A DNA stretch of 64,000 nucleotides from Adineta vaga. Lineage: Eukaryota > Animalia > Rotifera. How positions within the stretch are numbered: the stretch's first letter is position 1; each line of letters opens with the position of its first letter. Below are positions 1 to 19,759 of this stretch, one piece after another. Both the position numbers and the translations under genes were made by a program. The stretch covers positions 13,144,001-13,208,000 of the forward strand of contig CP075497.1 of assembly GCA_021613535.1 (NCBI GenBank), in the 5' to 3' direction. The notes below the pieces were generated by a model that did no database searches, was not told the origin of the DNA, and was given only the letters and a program-made list of their open reading frames with translations.

Positions 1-175
1 ATCAGATTCTATCGAAATAACACTGTATCAAATGGGCGGACAAGGCTTGAATAGTGTTCTTTTATATAAAAAACATGTGTCTTGACTACAATATATCTAA
101 AAGTACATTGAACAAAAAGAGATAGATAATACATATCGAATAACGTCTATGTTATTTTCAACCCATACTTTGACA

Positions 176-495
176 TCAATCCAACGACCCTTTTTTTGCA
201 GCAACACCACCACCACAACAACAATCAAGGCAAATTAGAACACTTATGACAATGAGAACATAATGCCACCATTGTAATCCGTCACTATCGTTACTTCTTA
301 GATTAGTTTTGGCGCGTTGTAAGTCGTCTGTAGAAAGCGATGCCGATTCAATAGATCTGGCTGTATTGAAAGTATTTTTCGAAGAAATCGAGTTTTCAGA
401 AGGATATACCACCGTACTGTCATTATCTTCCTTCTCCTCGTTGATACTATGTTTTTCCGATGCTGATAACGATGAATTCGAAAAAACTTTTTTGT
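176..495 (-). CDS. 3' part of a single-pass membrane protein gene (Ser-rich stalk, TM helix, CCC motif); 5' end unclear
   Basis: ORF 176..646 ends in WWHYVLIVISVLICLDCCCGGG. The part upstream of ~497 reads through a hairpin element, so it is probably not real coding sequence. A decayed paralog lies at 22913-23160. Confidence 0.5.
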
Positions 496-496
496 T

Positions 497-566
497 AGGG
501 TGTGGGTGAGATAAGAGTGAAGGTGAGAGCGGGTAAAAATAACAACGATACCCGCACCCACACCTT
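497..566. repeat. telomeric-hexamer hairpin element
   Basis: agggtgtgggtgag...cccgcacccacacct; spacer ataagagtgaaggtgagagcggg is shared with 23622-23716. Confidence 0.8.
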
Positions 567-1470
567 TCGTAGACAAATTTAAATATTTTGAAGGAAGTAT
601 ATTTGGTGGTGAGAAGAGCGAGATTCTTCGACTCGAAAAAGTACAAAGTATTTTCGCATCATTAGTAGTTCAAGTTCTAACAGATCATGTGAAAAAAAAG
701 CTGTTTACTTGAAGTTTGTATTGCCTACACCTGACTTGCTGAAAGTCCCTTTAATCTCTTCTTTAAAATGACGTAATAAAATATGCGTATTAGAAAAATC
801 AGTACCTATAATTCACTCAATCGTCATGCAATCAATGAAGAGGATTATCATAAATATTGTTTTCAAGTACTTTTTATTTTATTCATCTTAAAAGATTTAA
901 TGATGCATACAAAATAAAAATGCCTATGGTTTTATTACTTATTGTTTGATGAATCGATGGAAAAAATTGTTAATTTGCAAGTCTAATCAACATAGTTAGC
1001 AAATCTTATTTAAGAACAGTTCTTCATTTTATACTGTCTTTATAATCTTTACGATACATTCGTTTCTTGTAATACCTGCTGATTATACACTTGTGAGATG
1101 ATATTTTTTTCAATTCTAGTTCTAATTTTGGCTCCAGCAAAGATTCTTGGTCCGAGCATGTGTTCTGAGTATGTTTCTCTTTTGATTGTAGTAGCCGTAT
1201 TAACAATACGGGCTTTTTATAGGAATACAGTAGACTCAAACGTGGGAGTTAAAACTAGTCTAGTTATAACGTGTACATTGCATTTGAAGTCCAAGGTTAA
1301 CTGAGTCTTTGATAGTTCTCCAATGGTTGTTTCTAATTAATTTAGTCACCTACTAACACGTTCTAAGAGCTTGAAATTACATTTATAGATTTTTTCAACA
1401 AACATAAATATCAAATAACGATACTTAATCGGATCATTTTAGATAATATAAGAAAGAAATTTATCAAAAT

Positions 1471-2058
1471 ATGTTCCTTAACACTACTTATCTATCAATG
1501 ATGTTATTTTCAATTTATTTAATTTTCTTGATCAGAATTGATCAAATTAGTGCTCAAGGTGATGTCAAAGAACGAGCTGCAAATTTTCTGGCTCGTGTTG
1601 GTTTAACTATTCCTCCACAAGGCGTAGGTGAAGATACATGGATAGCACTTTGCGAAGTGAAAGCTCGCATTACGGATGCTGGAATATCACCGAAAAGGGA
1701 CACACGAACGTGTACAAAAACAACAGGTGGAGAAATTTTAGAAACACGTGTCATTCGACGTGAGGAATGGCGTTGTTCTTGGTCAACAGAATCATATTCT
1801 TCTGGTACTTTACTTAATTATCAAAATACACTTGTCAACCAGTATAATTCTGGTATAAAACTGGCTATAGAAGCAGGAGATAAAGCGGCAGTTGATTATA
1901 TGGAAACAATGAAAAGTCAACATACTCAAAATCTACAAGTGGCGACTAACCGAGATGCAGCTAAGCTAACAGCAACAGCTACAAGTGCAGCTTGGTGGAG
2001 ATCAGGTGCCAACTGTGATTTGGTACTTGAAGGTCGTGTGCGTCGTCTGGCCTATTGA
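1471..2058 (+). CDS. secreted protein of unknown function (195 aa)
   Basis: Intronless ORF with hydrophobic N-terminal signal, 4 Cys and higher GC than its flanks; AATAAA downstream at ~2215. Confidence 0.7.
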   Translation: MFLNTTYLSMMLFSIYLIFLIRIDQISAQGDVKERAANFLARVGLTIPPQGVGEDTWIALCEVKARITDAGISPKRDTRTCTKTTGGEILETRVIRREEWRCSWSTESYSSGTLLNYQNTLVNQYNSGIKLAIEAGDKAAVDYMETMKSQHTQNLQVATNRDAAKLTATATSAAWWRSGANCDLVLEGRVRRLAY

Positions 2059-3078
2059 TTTCTTTTATTATTATTATTAAAAAGAAATTTCAAAAATATG
2101 ATAATCCATATTTTATTTACATTTTAAATTTATTACATTGCTCGCTTACAAATCATATACTTAAGAATTGAGAGATTTTAATTGAATATATCAAATGTCA
2201 TTCATATGATAATCAATAAAATTTACATCATAAAAAATTCTTACAGAAAAAAATCAGATTCTTTTTTAGTTGTAGTATATAGATTTATTATTTTGATTAT
2301 ACAATAAGTAACAGTTCAGCGACTGGGCGCCTTTACGTAAGAATCTATATTATTCTCTTGGGTATAAGCGTATAAGATGGATATTTTATCCTCACCCAAA
2401 CTCTCATAAAACATCACTGCTTCGTCAAGTCTCGCCATGAACTTTCAGTTGAAATAGAAACACTGATTTAAAAAGAAAACAACAGAACAGCATCATCTAT
2501 TCAAATTAGTTTCACTTAGTTTGATTGCTTTGAACAATTACAAACAAGTAAGACGATATTTTTCTCATCAATATTATATGGATACAATACAATACCTGTT
2601 TTTCCTCCTCTTGACACGAACAAAACTATGTGATGACCATCCATAACGATTCGAAATTTGATCTTCTTCGCTCCATTCTGATTTCTCACCGAGCAATTAC
2701 CATGTTAATGTCGCGACTAATTTGTATTACACCGCACCCCAAAATATATGGATTTATTTATGTACTTTAATAATTTCAGGTTATAGTCAAGTGTTTTATA
2801 AATCTCGTAAAACGAAAATTGTTACAGATTCTCGATACTGATTTCTTTCAACTCAACAACGTCAAAAAATACACATTCATTAATACTAAAAATCATCTTG
2901 TATCTGAATGTCTCAGATCCATAGTATAGTTTATTGTTGGATAGATATGTTAAAAGAATGAGACAAAAACAACATGAAAATATGAACATGATGTAACACA
3001 GAAAACAGAATGAAAACGAGACAATCAAAGAAGATGCGCATGTCGCAGAAAAGAAGAAATATGTGTACGTGATAATTA

Positions 3079-3129
3079 GCAAGAGGGTGTGGGTATATCT
3101 TCTTCACTCACATCCACACTCACCCTTGC
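3079..3129. repeat. telomeric-hexamer hairpin element
   Basis: gcaagagggtgtgggt-atatcttcttcact-cacatccacactcacccttgc, ~30 bp downstream of the homeobox ORF stop. Confidence 0.8.
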
Positions 3130-3156
3130 AAGTAAATGAAGTGGAGGAATTCTATT

Positions 3157-3600
3157 CTATGCTTGTCGTTTATTTTTCATTCGTCGTCGTACAAACCATT
3201 GTCTAATTTCATATTCATCAAGTTGTAATTCTCGAGCAATAGCAACACATATATGTTTATCTATATAATGACAAAAATGAAATTCTGTCTCTAAACGTTC
3301 AAGTTGTAATGGAAGAAAACAACGACGTTGACATACATGTGTATTATTATCGAGTATATAACGCGTTGCATCGACAAAAGCCTTCGATATAGAAGATTTA
3401 TTATTCGTTTTGCTTAATTGTCGAACAAGTTGATGAAATTGTTTGTTTTCAGATATAGATTGAACCAACAATGCATGTTTTTGATTAACAACATCTAAAT
3501 CAGAATTATTATTACATTTTTTTATGTAAAATTTAGTAAAAAAAGCGAACTTACTTCGAGATTGTTTCTTTTTCTTATTCTTTTTAGGCATTTTATTCAT
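3157..3600 (-). CDS. divergent homeodomain protein
   Basis: C-terminal RRCFLPLQLERLETEFHFCHYIDKHICVAIARELQLDEYEIRQWFVRRRMKNKR fits the homeodomain helix pattern. Confidence 0.7.
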   Translation of the reverse strand: MNKMPKKNKKKKQSRSKFAFFTKFYIKKCNNNSDLDVVNQKHALLVQSISENKQFHQLVRQLSKTNNKSSISKAFVDATRYILDNNTHVCQRRCFLPLQLERLETEFHFCHYIDKHICVAIARELQLDEYEIRQWFVRRRMKNKRQA

Positions 3601-4104
3601 GCATCAAGCACTAACCATCGTATGATATATTGTGAACTTGATACGTTGACTTATACTTCCTATATATATATATATGCGAAATACACAAACGGTCAATATA
3701 TAGGTCAAGTGAAAAAAATAACTATATGTTTGAATTTAAATGCTTTTTGCTTTATTTAAATAAAAATTAAATAGAACAGTTTCATTATTAGATCTTCTCG
3801 AAATTTATCTCAATCATATTTTCAAAATATTTTATACAGTTATATTTTTGTTCGTTGTGTACACGTATAGATCTATGAAAACATTGTGGAAAAAGAGTAA
3901 CCTACAAATGATCTTAGCGTTTAGGTATTCATCAAATAGGGCAACAGTTCATAGCATCGATAACCGGGTCACTGTAGAATCACTATCTTATTCATATATT
4001 ATGTTTTGTATATGTATCGATTTGACTGCTTTAGTGGAAATTTGAGGATAGATCTGTTCAACATCTTCATACTCGGGAGTGCAGTATTATGTTGATTACA
4101 ATTC

Positions 4105-4238
4105 AGGGGGGGGGGTAGGTTAAAAGAGATTGCTCACAAATATAGTGTTTAACCACACCCTCAAATGATCTAACAGGAATAATAATAACAGGGATGAGGT
4201 GAATATACATGAGACTATACTCTTAGCCCACATCGTCA
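4105..4238. repeat. two adjacent degenerate hairpin elements
   Basis: agggggggggg...aaccacaccctcaaa (4105-4165) and gggatgaggtg-catgagactatactctt-agcccacatc (4190-4238). Confidence 0.6.
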
Positions 4239-4289
4239 GATTTAATTTTAAAATTTTGTTTTCAGATGTCATTCTCTTTATGAATAATT

Positions 4290-5496
4290 TTTATTTAAAT
4301 AATAATTTAAATAATTCTTGACGAAATATTTTTCCTGTAAGTGTATAAACAAAAAACATTATTGAATTATTAATATACGTTATTAAAATATTAATTTGTG
4401 CTATGAAATTTTCAATTTCTTGTCGTTCTATAGATTTGTCTGTATAAACTGTTTAAGATGAATAAAATTTATAAAAGCCCATTGGTGAACTAAATACAAT
4501 AAGAATTCCAACCTGAAAAAAAAATAAATGCGGAAACGTCCGATTTTATCCGAGAGTTATGTATACTGCAAAAAGTGTAGGAGAGAGATGAACCATTCTG
4601 GAATGTCTACGCATCAAAATTACCATGATAAATTTTTCGATGAGCAAGATTTCTGATGACTTGTGGTTGAATCTATAAAAGATCTATGATATTTCTTCGA
4701 ACTCGACCAAGATATTCATGAGACAATAATGTACACAAAGTTTCAGCTCAATTGAATGTAATTGTGAAGACTTATCGTGTAAACGGACGGGCATACAGAC
4801 TGATTATATTAGTATACTCACTTTTTGAGTACACATAAGAAAAAAATTCGTTGAACTTACTTGAACAAATAACATTGTCATTATTTGTAATTTGAACTTG
4901 TCGTCGACTTTTTTGAATACTTTTTAATGTTAAATAACCAAAAAGAATCATTAAACAAATTGGAATTGTTGTATAAAAAATCATTAAAAAAAGTCCATCA
5001 ATAATTTGACATTGAACTGGGATTGTATAACATGATGCAATGTATTGACATTTCCATTATTAAAGCAATAAATTGTTTCACCAAAAATGAAACATCCAGA
5101 AAAAATGACCATTGAAATTGTTTTATAAACTGTCTTTTGATTACAAAGATTTCGAAATGAAACAGATGTTGATGAACTACAAAATCGATCAAAACATCCA
5201 AGTGTTATAAACCATGATGTACAATAAAGACAAAGATATGAAAGAAAATATCGAATTTTGCATAAAATTGAAGAATATGAAGTATAATCAAGATTAAAAC
5301 CATTTAATAAACGACTCATTAAACCAATATAAAGTGCCAATAGACTAACTATTGTTGTTGATAATAAATATTGAACACAAGAATTTTTTCGTAAAGTTCC
5401 AAATGTACCAAATATAAGAAGTGGAATTGGAAAATAACGATTAATAGTTGATGAATAATATGTCCAATATGATATCGAAGATATATTAATAGACAT
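4290..5496 (-). pseudogene. rhodopsin-class GPCR pseudogene (copy 1 of 3)
   Basis: Paralog of 27422-28754 with a 33-nt deletion (NIINILVFTRK lost), a 1-bp frameshift near 5040, an ~80-nt deletion near 4890 and an in-frame TAA in exon 2. Confidence 0.85.
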
Positions 5497-5508
5497 TTTT
5501 TATTTCTA

Positions 5509-5562
5509 TTTGAGGGTGTGGGTGTCGTTATTCTCTTCACTTACCCATACCCACACTCTTGC
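5509..5562. repeat. telomeric-hexamer hairpin element at a duplication breakpoint
   Basis: ttgagggtgtgggtgt-cgttattctcttcactt-acccatacccacactctt; homology of GPCR copy 1 to copies 2 and 3 stops here. Confidence 0.85.
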
Positions 5563-6310
5563 CATGACCTGACATTTTCTGATACAACTTTGACAACTTC
5601 ATTCAATCATGTGCAAATGAATGAAAAATAAGTTTTCGTGTAAATTTTAACCTATTACCATCTTATCAAGGTGATGAAGGTAAGACAGACAGAAAGAAAG
5701 AAACAGTAAGGTAAGAAATGAATATCGTCAGCAGATTTTTTTCTGTGCAGTATCAAAAGGAAGAGGAAAGGAAAAAAAATACATTTTATTATACATTTTA
5801 TTATTTTGTGGTGGGTAACTTATATACAGAAGAGTAAAATATAAGTTTGAATTTTTATCAGGTGGTTGCTTACAGTATTGAATTAATTCTCATCTTATAA
5901 TGAAACAATCCACCAAAGTAAGTTAAGAAGCTGATTTGATTCTTGAAGCGTATTTTTGTTCAGTGAAAATTATCTCAGTAAGTAATCAGTTATATATATA
6001 TAGCTATGTTAAAAAAAAACATTGATATGTAGCTATATGAATCATTATTTATATATTTTTTCGGTCTTGAATCACGTATCATCAGCTTAGCGACTGAGCC
6101 TAATCAAGAAACTCAAAATAACAATACATAACATGCGCAAGTTTATTTTCATCCTAACACACACATACTGAAGAGTAAACAGTGATTACTTCCTTAATTT
6201 TCTCTCGCTGAAAGAAATCGTTTCTGTTTGATGTGATCGTTAAATGCCTGATAATGAACGGTATCATGATGCTAAAGTCGAGTCTCTTGTTTGCTTCTTT
6301 TGTTCTAGAC

Positions 6311-13983
<7,673 letters not shown>

Positions 13984-14098
13984 TCTGAACTTGAAAAAAG
14001 AAGAAATTTGTTTTTGTAATGGCTATTGATACGCAGTAAAAATGTGTTGATTCTTTTCTTTATCTACAACCAAGTAAAAAGTACGATATGTTGGAAGT

Positions 14099-14151
14099 AG
14101 GGTGGGTGTGGGTGTTCATGAGGCTATAATCTTAACCCACACCCACCTCAA
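14099..14151. repeat. telomeric-hexamer hairpin element
   Basis: agggtgggtgtgggtg-ttcatgaggctataatctta-acccacacccacctcaa, ~115 bp after the ABCC stop; spacer nearly identical to the one at 33381. Confidence 0.85.
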
Positions 14152-14578
14152 CATACGATGATATATAGTAGACGAGTTTTTTGTTTAGTCTGATTTTAAA
14201 ATGAAGAATTTATATAGGAAAAAGTACAACAATGATCGAGAGTAAATCTTATGAAACGAGCTCTTTGTTAAACTACAAGACAATCATGAAAATATATATT
14301 CATCTATTACATAAATGTAAGATATTGAATAAATGTGATATTTAGAGACTAGGTCAAAAAGAAACACTAAGACAAAAAGTAGGTCAACATATATGTGATA
14401 ATCGGGGGATGTTATAGAACGATGAACACTGGTAAAAATACTATAATTTACTGAAAAAAAGAGATTAATGAATGGTATTCTGGTTTTAATACTGATAAGT
14501 TCATCTTTTTCATTGATCATTTAATTTGTAGTTAACTATATTAAACGCTTAAATAATGCACTTAATTTTCGAATATTT

Positions 14579-14606
14579 TGGGTGTGGGTGTGGGCGGGTG
14601 TGGGTG
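14579..14606 (+). repeat. solo (TGGGTG)n arm
   Basis: tgggtgtgggtgtgggcgggtgtgggtg with no adjacent C-rich arm. Confidence 0.7.
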
Positions 14607-15043
14607 ATATTATTTGTAATTTATTACGATATTAGATCGAAGAAGGTAAAACTTGATAGGTTATATGATATTCTTTTTTTCTTCATATCTCAGTTTGTGA
14701 TCTATTGGAATGGAGATATATTACATCTTTCAATTAAAACCTATATAAATAATACTTGTCCTATGTTTCGATAACTATATTATATAGAAATTATTTATTG
14801 TGGTAGGTGAAAGAGTGTATCTCATTCTTACCCAAACTATCTCTGTTGAGTATTAGAGTTTCAATGGCTCTTTTCAAATAGTATTTATATCAGTTTAATC
14901 TAACTCGATTCTGACTTTATTTTAACATTAGTTATTCTTACGATCGGGAATAATCATTTTCGATCGTATATGAAGTTTCTTCGTGATTGATAATTTTAAT
15001 ACCGTAAGTATTGTACATAGTAATGATACAGCAACAAATGTGA

Positions 15044-15105
15044 AGAGTGGGTGTGGGTGTGGATGTGCTTCAGTCGTAGTTCCTACACCCACCCACCCTC
15101 AAGAT
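15044..15105. repeat. telomeric-hexamer hairpin element
   Basis: agagtgggtgtgggtgtggatgtg...cctacacccacccaccctcaagat. Confidence 0.85.
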
Positions 15106-15458
15106 GATCATAAAGTCATTTGCACGACGTGTAGCGAAACATTTTTAGGATGAAAATGGATTTCAAAGAAATGTTTTAGAAATAAAAGATAAAATGACAA
15201 AATATAGTTTATCTTTTATTAGCTAGTAAGTCTGTAACACGCAAATCATACACCACACAATGCAAGTTTACTACTTACAATGTGTATTGTATCTACCTTA
15301 TTAGCTTGAGGTCCGTGCGGATCCCAGGTGGGCGCTTGAGGGTTAAGATTGAAACAAATTCTTATCAATGACTGATGAAATTTCATATAAAGCATATATA
15401 AATGCTTTGTCTTAGAACTTTATTTTGTTAAAGAATTTGTTAAAGATCATCAACAACG

Positions 15459-15901
15459 ATGAAACACGGTAAAAACTGTAGGAACAGTAAGTGGAGTAGC
15501 GGCAACAGCTTCTGTCTTATGACTCTTTTTTGCACCATTGACCAGTGGATTATCACTGTTAGCTACTGGTGTTGCAATAACAAAGAATATCAAAGGTGGA
15601 TTATCTGTTCCTTTTCCTACACTTAACGCAGCAGCAAGTATGACATCAGGACAAATTAAAGCTTATGAATCACTATCTCATAGCCCTCAAATGCTTTTGA
15701 ATGAAACATTAACAAATTTGGGAAAAGTAATGCTTGTAGCTCAACTATTTTTCTACAGTTACTGATGTTATTTTATTATATAACTTTTGGACAAGCGATC
15801 ATCCACTTGTCACTCCCATCAATCAGTTTATTTCTCAACTCAACAAATCAATTCAAAGTACGCAAAATCAAATCGATACCCTCGAAATACTACTTTTATG
15901 A
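15459..15901 (+). pseudogene. probable pseudogene of a small hydrophobic protein
   Basis: Coding-like stretch VKTVGTVSGVAATASVL* then TSGLSLLATGVAIT..., broken by a frameshift and a stop. Confidence 0.3.
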
Positions 15902-16020
15902 AAGATTATATTTGAGCTAATGATATAATGATTATCTATAAAGAATATTCTAAGAACGCTTTCAAATAATTACTATTGCTAATTTTTATTTTTATTATTG
16001 AAAAGAAATAAATGTCAAAA

Positions 16021-17525
16021 TTAAATAATAATTAAATCGTCTTCAGATTCTTCTATCATCATATTCCAATCAATTAAATCACTATCATCATCTTCCTCAT
16101 TAATATCTAAAGATGACGATCGTCGATTGGTTATAAAAAGAAATCTAGAATATAGACAAATAAGAAAGATTAGTATTAAAATAAATAACAAAGATATATT
16201 TCATTACATATTAAGAATCAATGGAATAATTGAAAGTCCAATAGTAATGATAAAAATCAAATATGATAAATGATTAACAGTTAATTCATAAATCCAATTA
16301 AAAAATCCATTACCTAATATTGTACAAATTGTATTTATCATTGTAAGAATTGTAAATATGAAATGATATTCATTTTCAGTAACATATTTTGTTATCATTG
16401 ACCATGTTAAAGACTTTTGATAATCAAGAAATGGTATTAGACATAATGTTAAATATAAATGCCAATTTTGTTTTGCAAATATAAACCAAATTGATATTAA
16501 AATCAAACAAGTATGACTAAATGAACATATAATTGAATCATGAATTGACATTAATGTAAAGACTTTCATTCCAAGTATACTAAATATTGCAATTAGAATT
16601 GAACGTACTGAATTATAATGTCCAATTTGTATTGATGACCAATTAAATGGTTTATTTAATAAATACCAAAGAAAATTTGACCATAATGCTGAATTTGCTA
16701 ATGAATAAAAAAGATATGAAAATAGAATTAAGAAAATATTTCGGAAATTTTTTTTCAACGAATTTATTTTTGACCAACAAGAACTTCGAATTTGTGTATC
16801 ATCATAAACTTCTACTAGTAATAAACTTCTTCTTCTTAATAATGAAGGTGAATTTTTAAAAAATATAATCACAATTAATATTGATAAAATTTGTAATAAA
16901 AGTCCAAAATAAAATAATTCAATAAAACCTCGATATGATATATAATAACCAACAGATAATTCTCCAATGGATGTTATACCTATCTTTATTGCTTCAAGAA
17001 TAACAAAAGAAATCGATCGATTAATATCTTTTGTACAATCAGTTGTATATAAATTTAAAACAAGATCTAAAACAAAACAAAAAAAGAAGAAATTTTCGAA
17101 AATTCTAAAATCTTACGACAAATTCCATCTGAACCAGTTAATGCTGGTATAAAAGATGATATATACCACCAATATTTATTTAATCGAAAATGAATAATTA
17201 ATAACCAAATAACAATTTCACTTGAATCACCCATAATTGAAAAAATTAAAAGAAATTTTCTTCCAATTTTATTTATATATATACCTAAGAGAAATGTTAT
17301 TAATATTAATGGTAAACTACAGAAAATATCTTTTTTAAAAACTAAATCAGCAGATTGTTCTTGTGCCCAAATTTCTGCATCATTTGAAGTGGCATTGTCA
17401 TGTGTTTTATTAAAATTTACTAAATAATATGAATAAATATATTGACCAATTGTTGATTGTATACAATCTGTTAAACTTTGAAGACAGATTACAGTACCTA
17501 TTAGATATATGTTTACATCGGACAT
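16021..17525 (-). CDS. MFS transporter, SLC46/PCFT-like, 3 exons (17525-17117, 17066-16208, 16144-16021)
   Basis: Spliced frame is continuous; multiple TM helices; KIGRKFLL and YLLNKPFNWSSIQIG motifs. Confidence 0.8.
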
Positions 17526-17903
17526 TTTCACATAAATGATACGTTAGAGAGAGAAGAAAAAACATATTTCATTTATTTTCGAGTTTTTTTCTCTATTTTA
17601 TCGAAAAGAAAATGATGTCATAAGAGGAAGAGGTAAAAAATAAATTATTCCTTTTTTTTGATCGAAACAGTGAGATAAAATCGTAGACAAGCGTGCAAAA
17701 AAAATAATGATCGTTTATTACATAGTGTTTCGAATATTCTTTGATCTATCATTCTGTAGCTATTTACAAGCGTTAGGTGCATTGCTCAAAAATTATTATA
17801 CAATCATATTGTATTAATTCAAATAATGATAATCTAGAAATAATATTATGTTTATCGTACTTATAGTATGTCTTTGAACTTTTTATTTAAAAAATAATTA
17901 TAA

Positions 17904-17990
17904 ATGAGGAAATTAGATAGAAAAATAGCTTTAATAACTGATGGTATCGATTTTGCAACAGCTGAATATTTTATTCGTGAAGGAATTAAA
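17904..17990 (+). pseudogene. N-terminal fragment of a short-chain dehydrogenase/reductase
   Basis: MRKLDRKIALITDGIDFATAEYFIREG resembles an SDR Rossmann start (LxGKxALITGGxxGIGxATA); it ends at a hairpin element. Confidence 0.6.
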
Positions 17991-17991
17991 C

Positions 17992-18052
17992 AGGGTGTGG
18001 GTGTGGGTAAGAGAAGAAGATATACCCATCCACACCCAGCCACACCCTCAAG
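17992..18052. repeat. telomeric-hexamer hairpin element
   Basis: agggtgtgggtgtgggt-aagagaagaagatat-acccatccacacccagccacaccctcaag. Confidence 0.9.
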
Positions 18053-18342
18053 TTTACCAAGTACAGAAAGACTATTGCAATTTCTCCGTTCTCTCTTCAT
18101 TGAAACTCCATCGTTAAAATTGGTTTCCATTAACGTTCGTCGAAAGTGTTACAACTATCGAATCTCATTTGAACAAACAGCTGAATAAGGATTAGCTCAT
18201 GCGCAAAACATAGATAGTCGTCTTCGTTCTCTCAAGCTCGATTGTGTATATGAACTAGTACAGTTTTCATTACAGTGCATAACTGCGACATCTCTAAATG
18301 TGTGAAAATATTAGTCTGTCTTTTTACTCAATTCTGTTAAGT

Positions 18343-18470
18343 AGGGTGTGGGTGTGGGTGTGGGTGTGGGTGTGGGTGGGTGTGGGTGTGGGTGCGGGTG
18401 CGGGTGCGGGTGAGAGTGTGTATATTGATGCTATCGAACAGCCCACATCTATATCCACACCCACATCCAA
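18343..18470. repeat. hairpin element with an expanded interstitial telomere-like (GGGTGT/GGGTGC)n arm
   Basis: About 11 hexamer units at 18344-18412, then a spacer and a short ccacacccacatcc arm. Confidence 0.85.
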
Positions 18471-19759
18471 ATACTTTATTCGACGTAGGTTTTGGCGCTG
18501 ATTTTGAATATGTAATTCATTTTGTTCTCAAACCAATAATAGCAATAAAAATCGATCAGTACCAAGTCATTTTTTATTCGTTCTGGCTAGTATTACAAAA
18601 GAAATCGAGTTTTTCACAACGACAAAATCTGAGAAAAATAAATAGGTACTATTGTAGTCCACGTTCTGGCGGTTCGAATGAGATATGACAGTTGATTCTA
18701 TCTCTTGAAATAAAAAACAACATAGACTTATACGATTCTTCACGGATATGTGCTTTTTCAGCATATACGGATATGAATGTTAGACAGGACTTTTTCAAGC
18801 TTTTTTGGTTTTCAATCTGATAAAATAGCATTATCCCGATTCAGTTTTTCATGCTGTTTCAGAATATGGTGTTTAAGGAACCCTTTAATATGATAAATGA
18901 TATTAAATTTTAGCAGTTTTTGTAAAGAAAGTAAGATATATGACGTTTTCAGTCATTGAACGTATTTAGCGATTTTCGCAGCCAAAGATCGATCAAATCT
19001 AAACAATTTATATATATATTCGTGATCAGCGTTTCATTCTCTATCAAACCATATAGAAACAAACGAGAAAAACAAATCCACTGAAATTTTGCATTGTTGG
19101 CACCTTGCAAAACTTGGAGCCGATCAGTATTGAGTATACTGAACGTTCAATTGACATAAGAAACCCTCAAGGGTTTTACATTAAAGTTGCTAAGCTTTTA
19201 AGGATTCGCGAACTAGTTATTGGTTTTCGATAACTAGCACGAAACCATGTCTGGTTTGGTTTAAAATATTCAGAACTTTTTGAAAACTGACGAACTATCA
19301 ATTGGCCTACGAAACCGCTATTGGTTCAGTTGACATGTTACAGAACTATCAATGGTTTCGTGAACCGCATAGAGAACTTTCAGATGGTTTTCAACTGCCG
19401 AACCTTCTCGACCCTGCTGAGTTTAAAATAGTTCGGCAAATCAAGGACGAAACGTTTCTCATATTTCTGAACTTAAAATCGATCGGTGGAAGCATAGAGA
19501 ACCTTTTAGGTTCGGTAAAACATCAAATTTTTTTACAGTGTAATAGTTATGCATATAGTGATAACAAATTATGTATTCATTACTATGACTCAATTCGATC
19601 GTACTTCTTTCAACTTTATCTTTACTTTTACGTCGGATGTTTCTTTTTATGATAGTCACTCATGCTTGTCTATACTTGTTTTTTCATCTATCATAGAAAA
19701 CGAAGAGATGAAATATTTACATTTTTGTACGGTCGGAAGTAGACGAAACAAGAAAACAA

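Noticed and set aside
18298-18688. ORFs with VWVWVW/VRVRVR repeats
   Set aside because: These are translations of the (GGGTGT)n array, not genes. The same applies to the GCGCG/HPHPH-containing ORFs at 14556, 17861, 20931 and 62231-62714.
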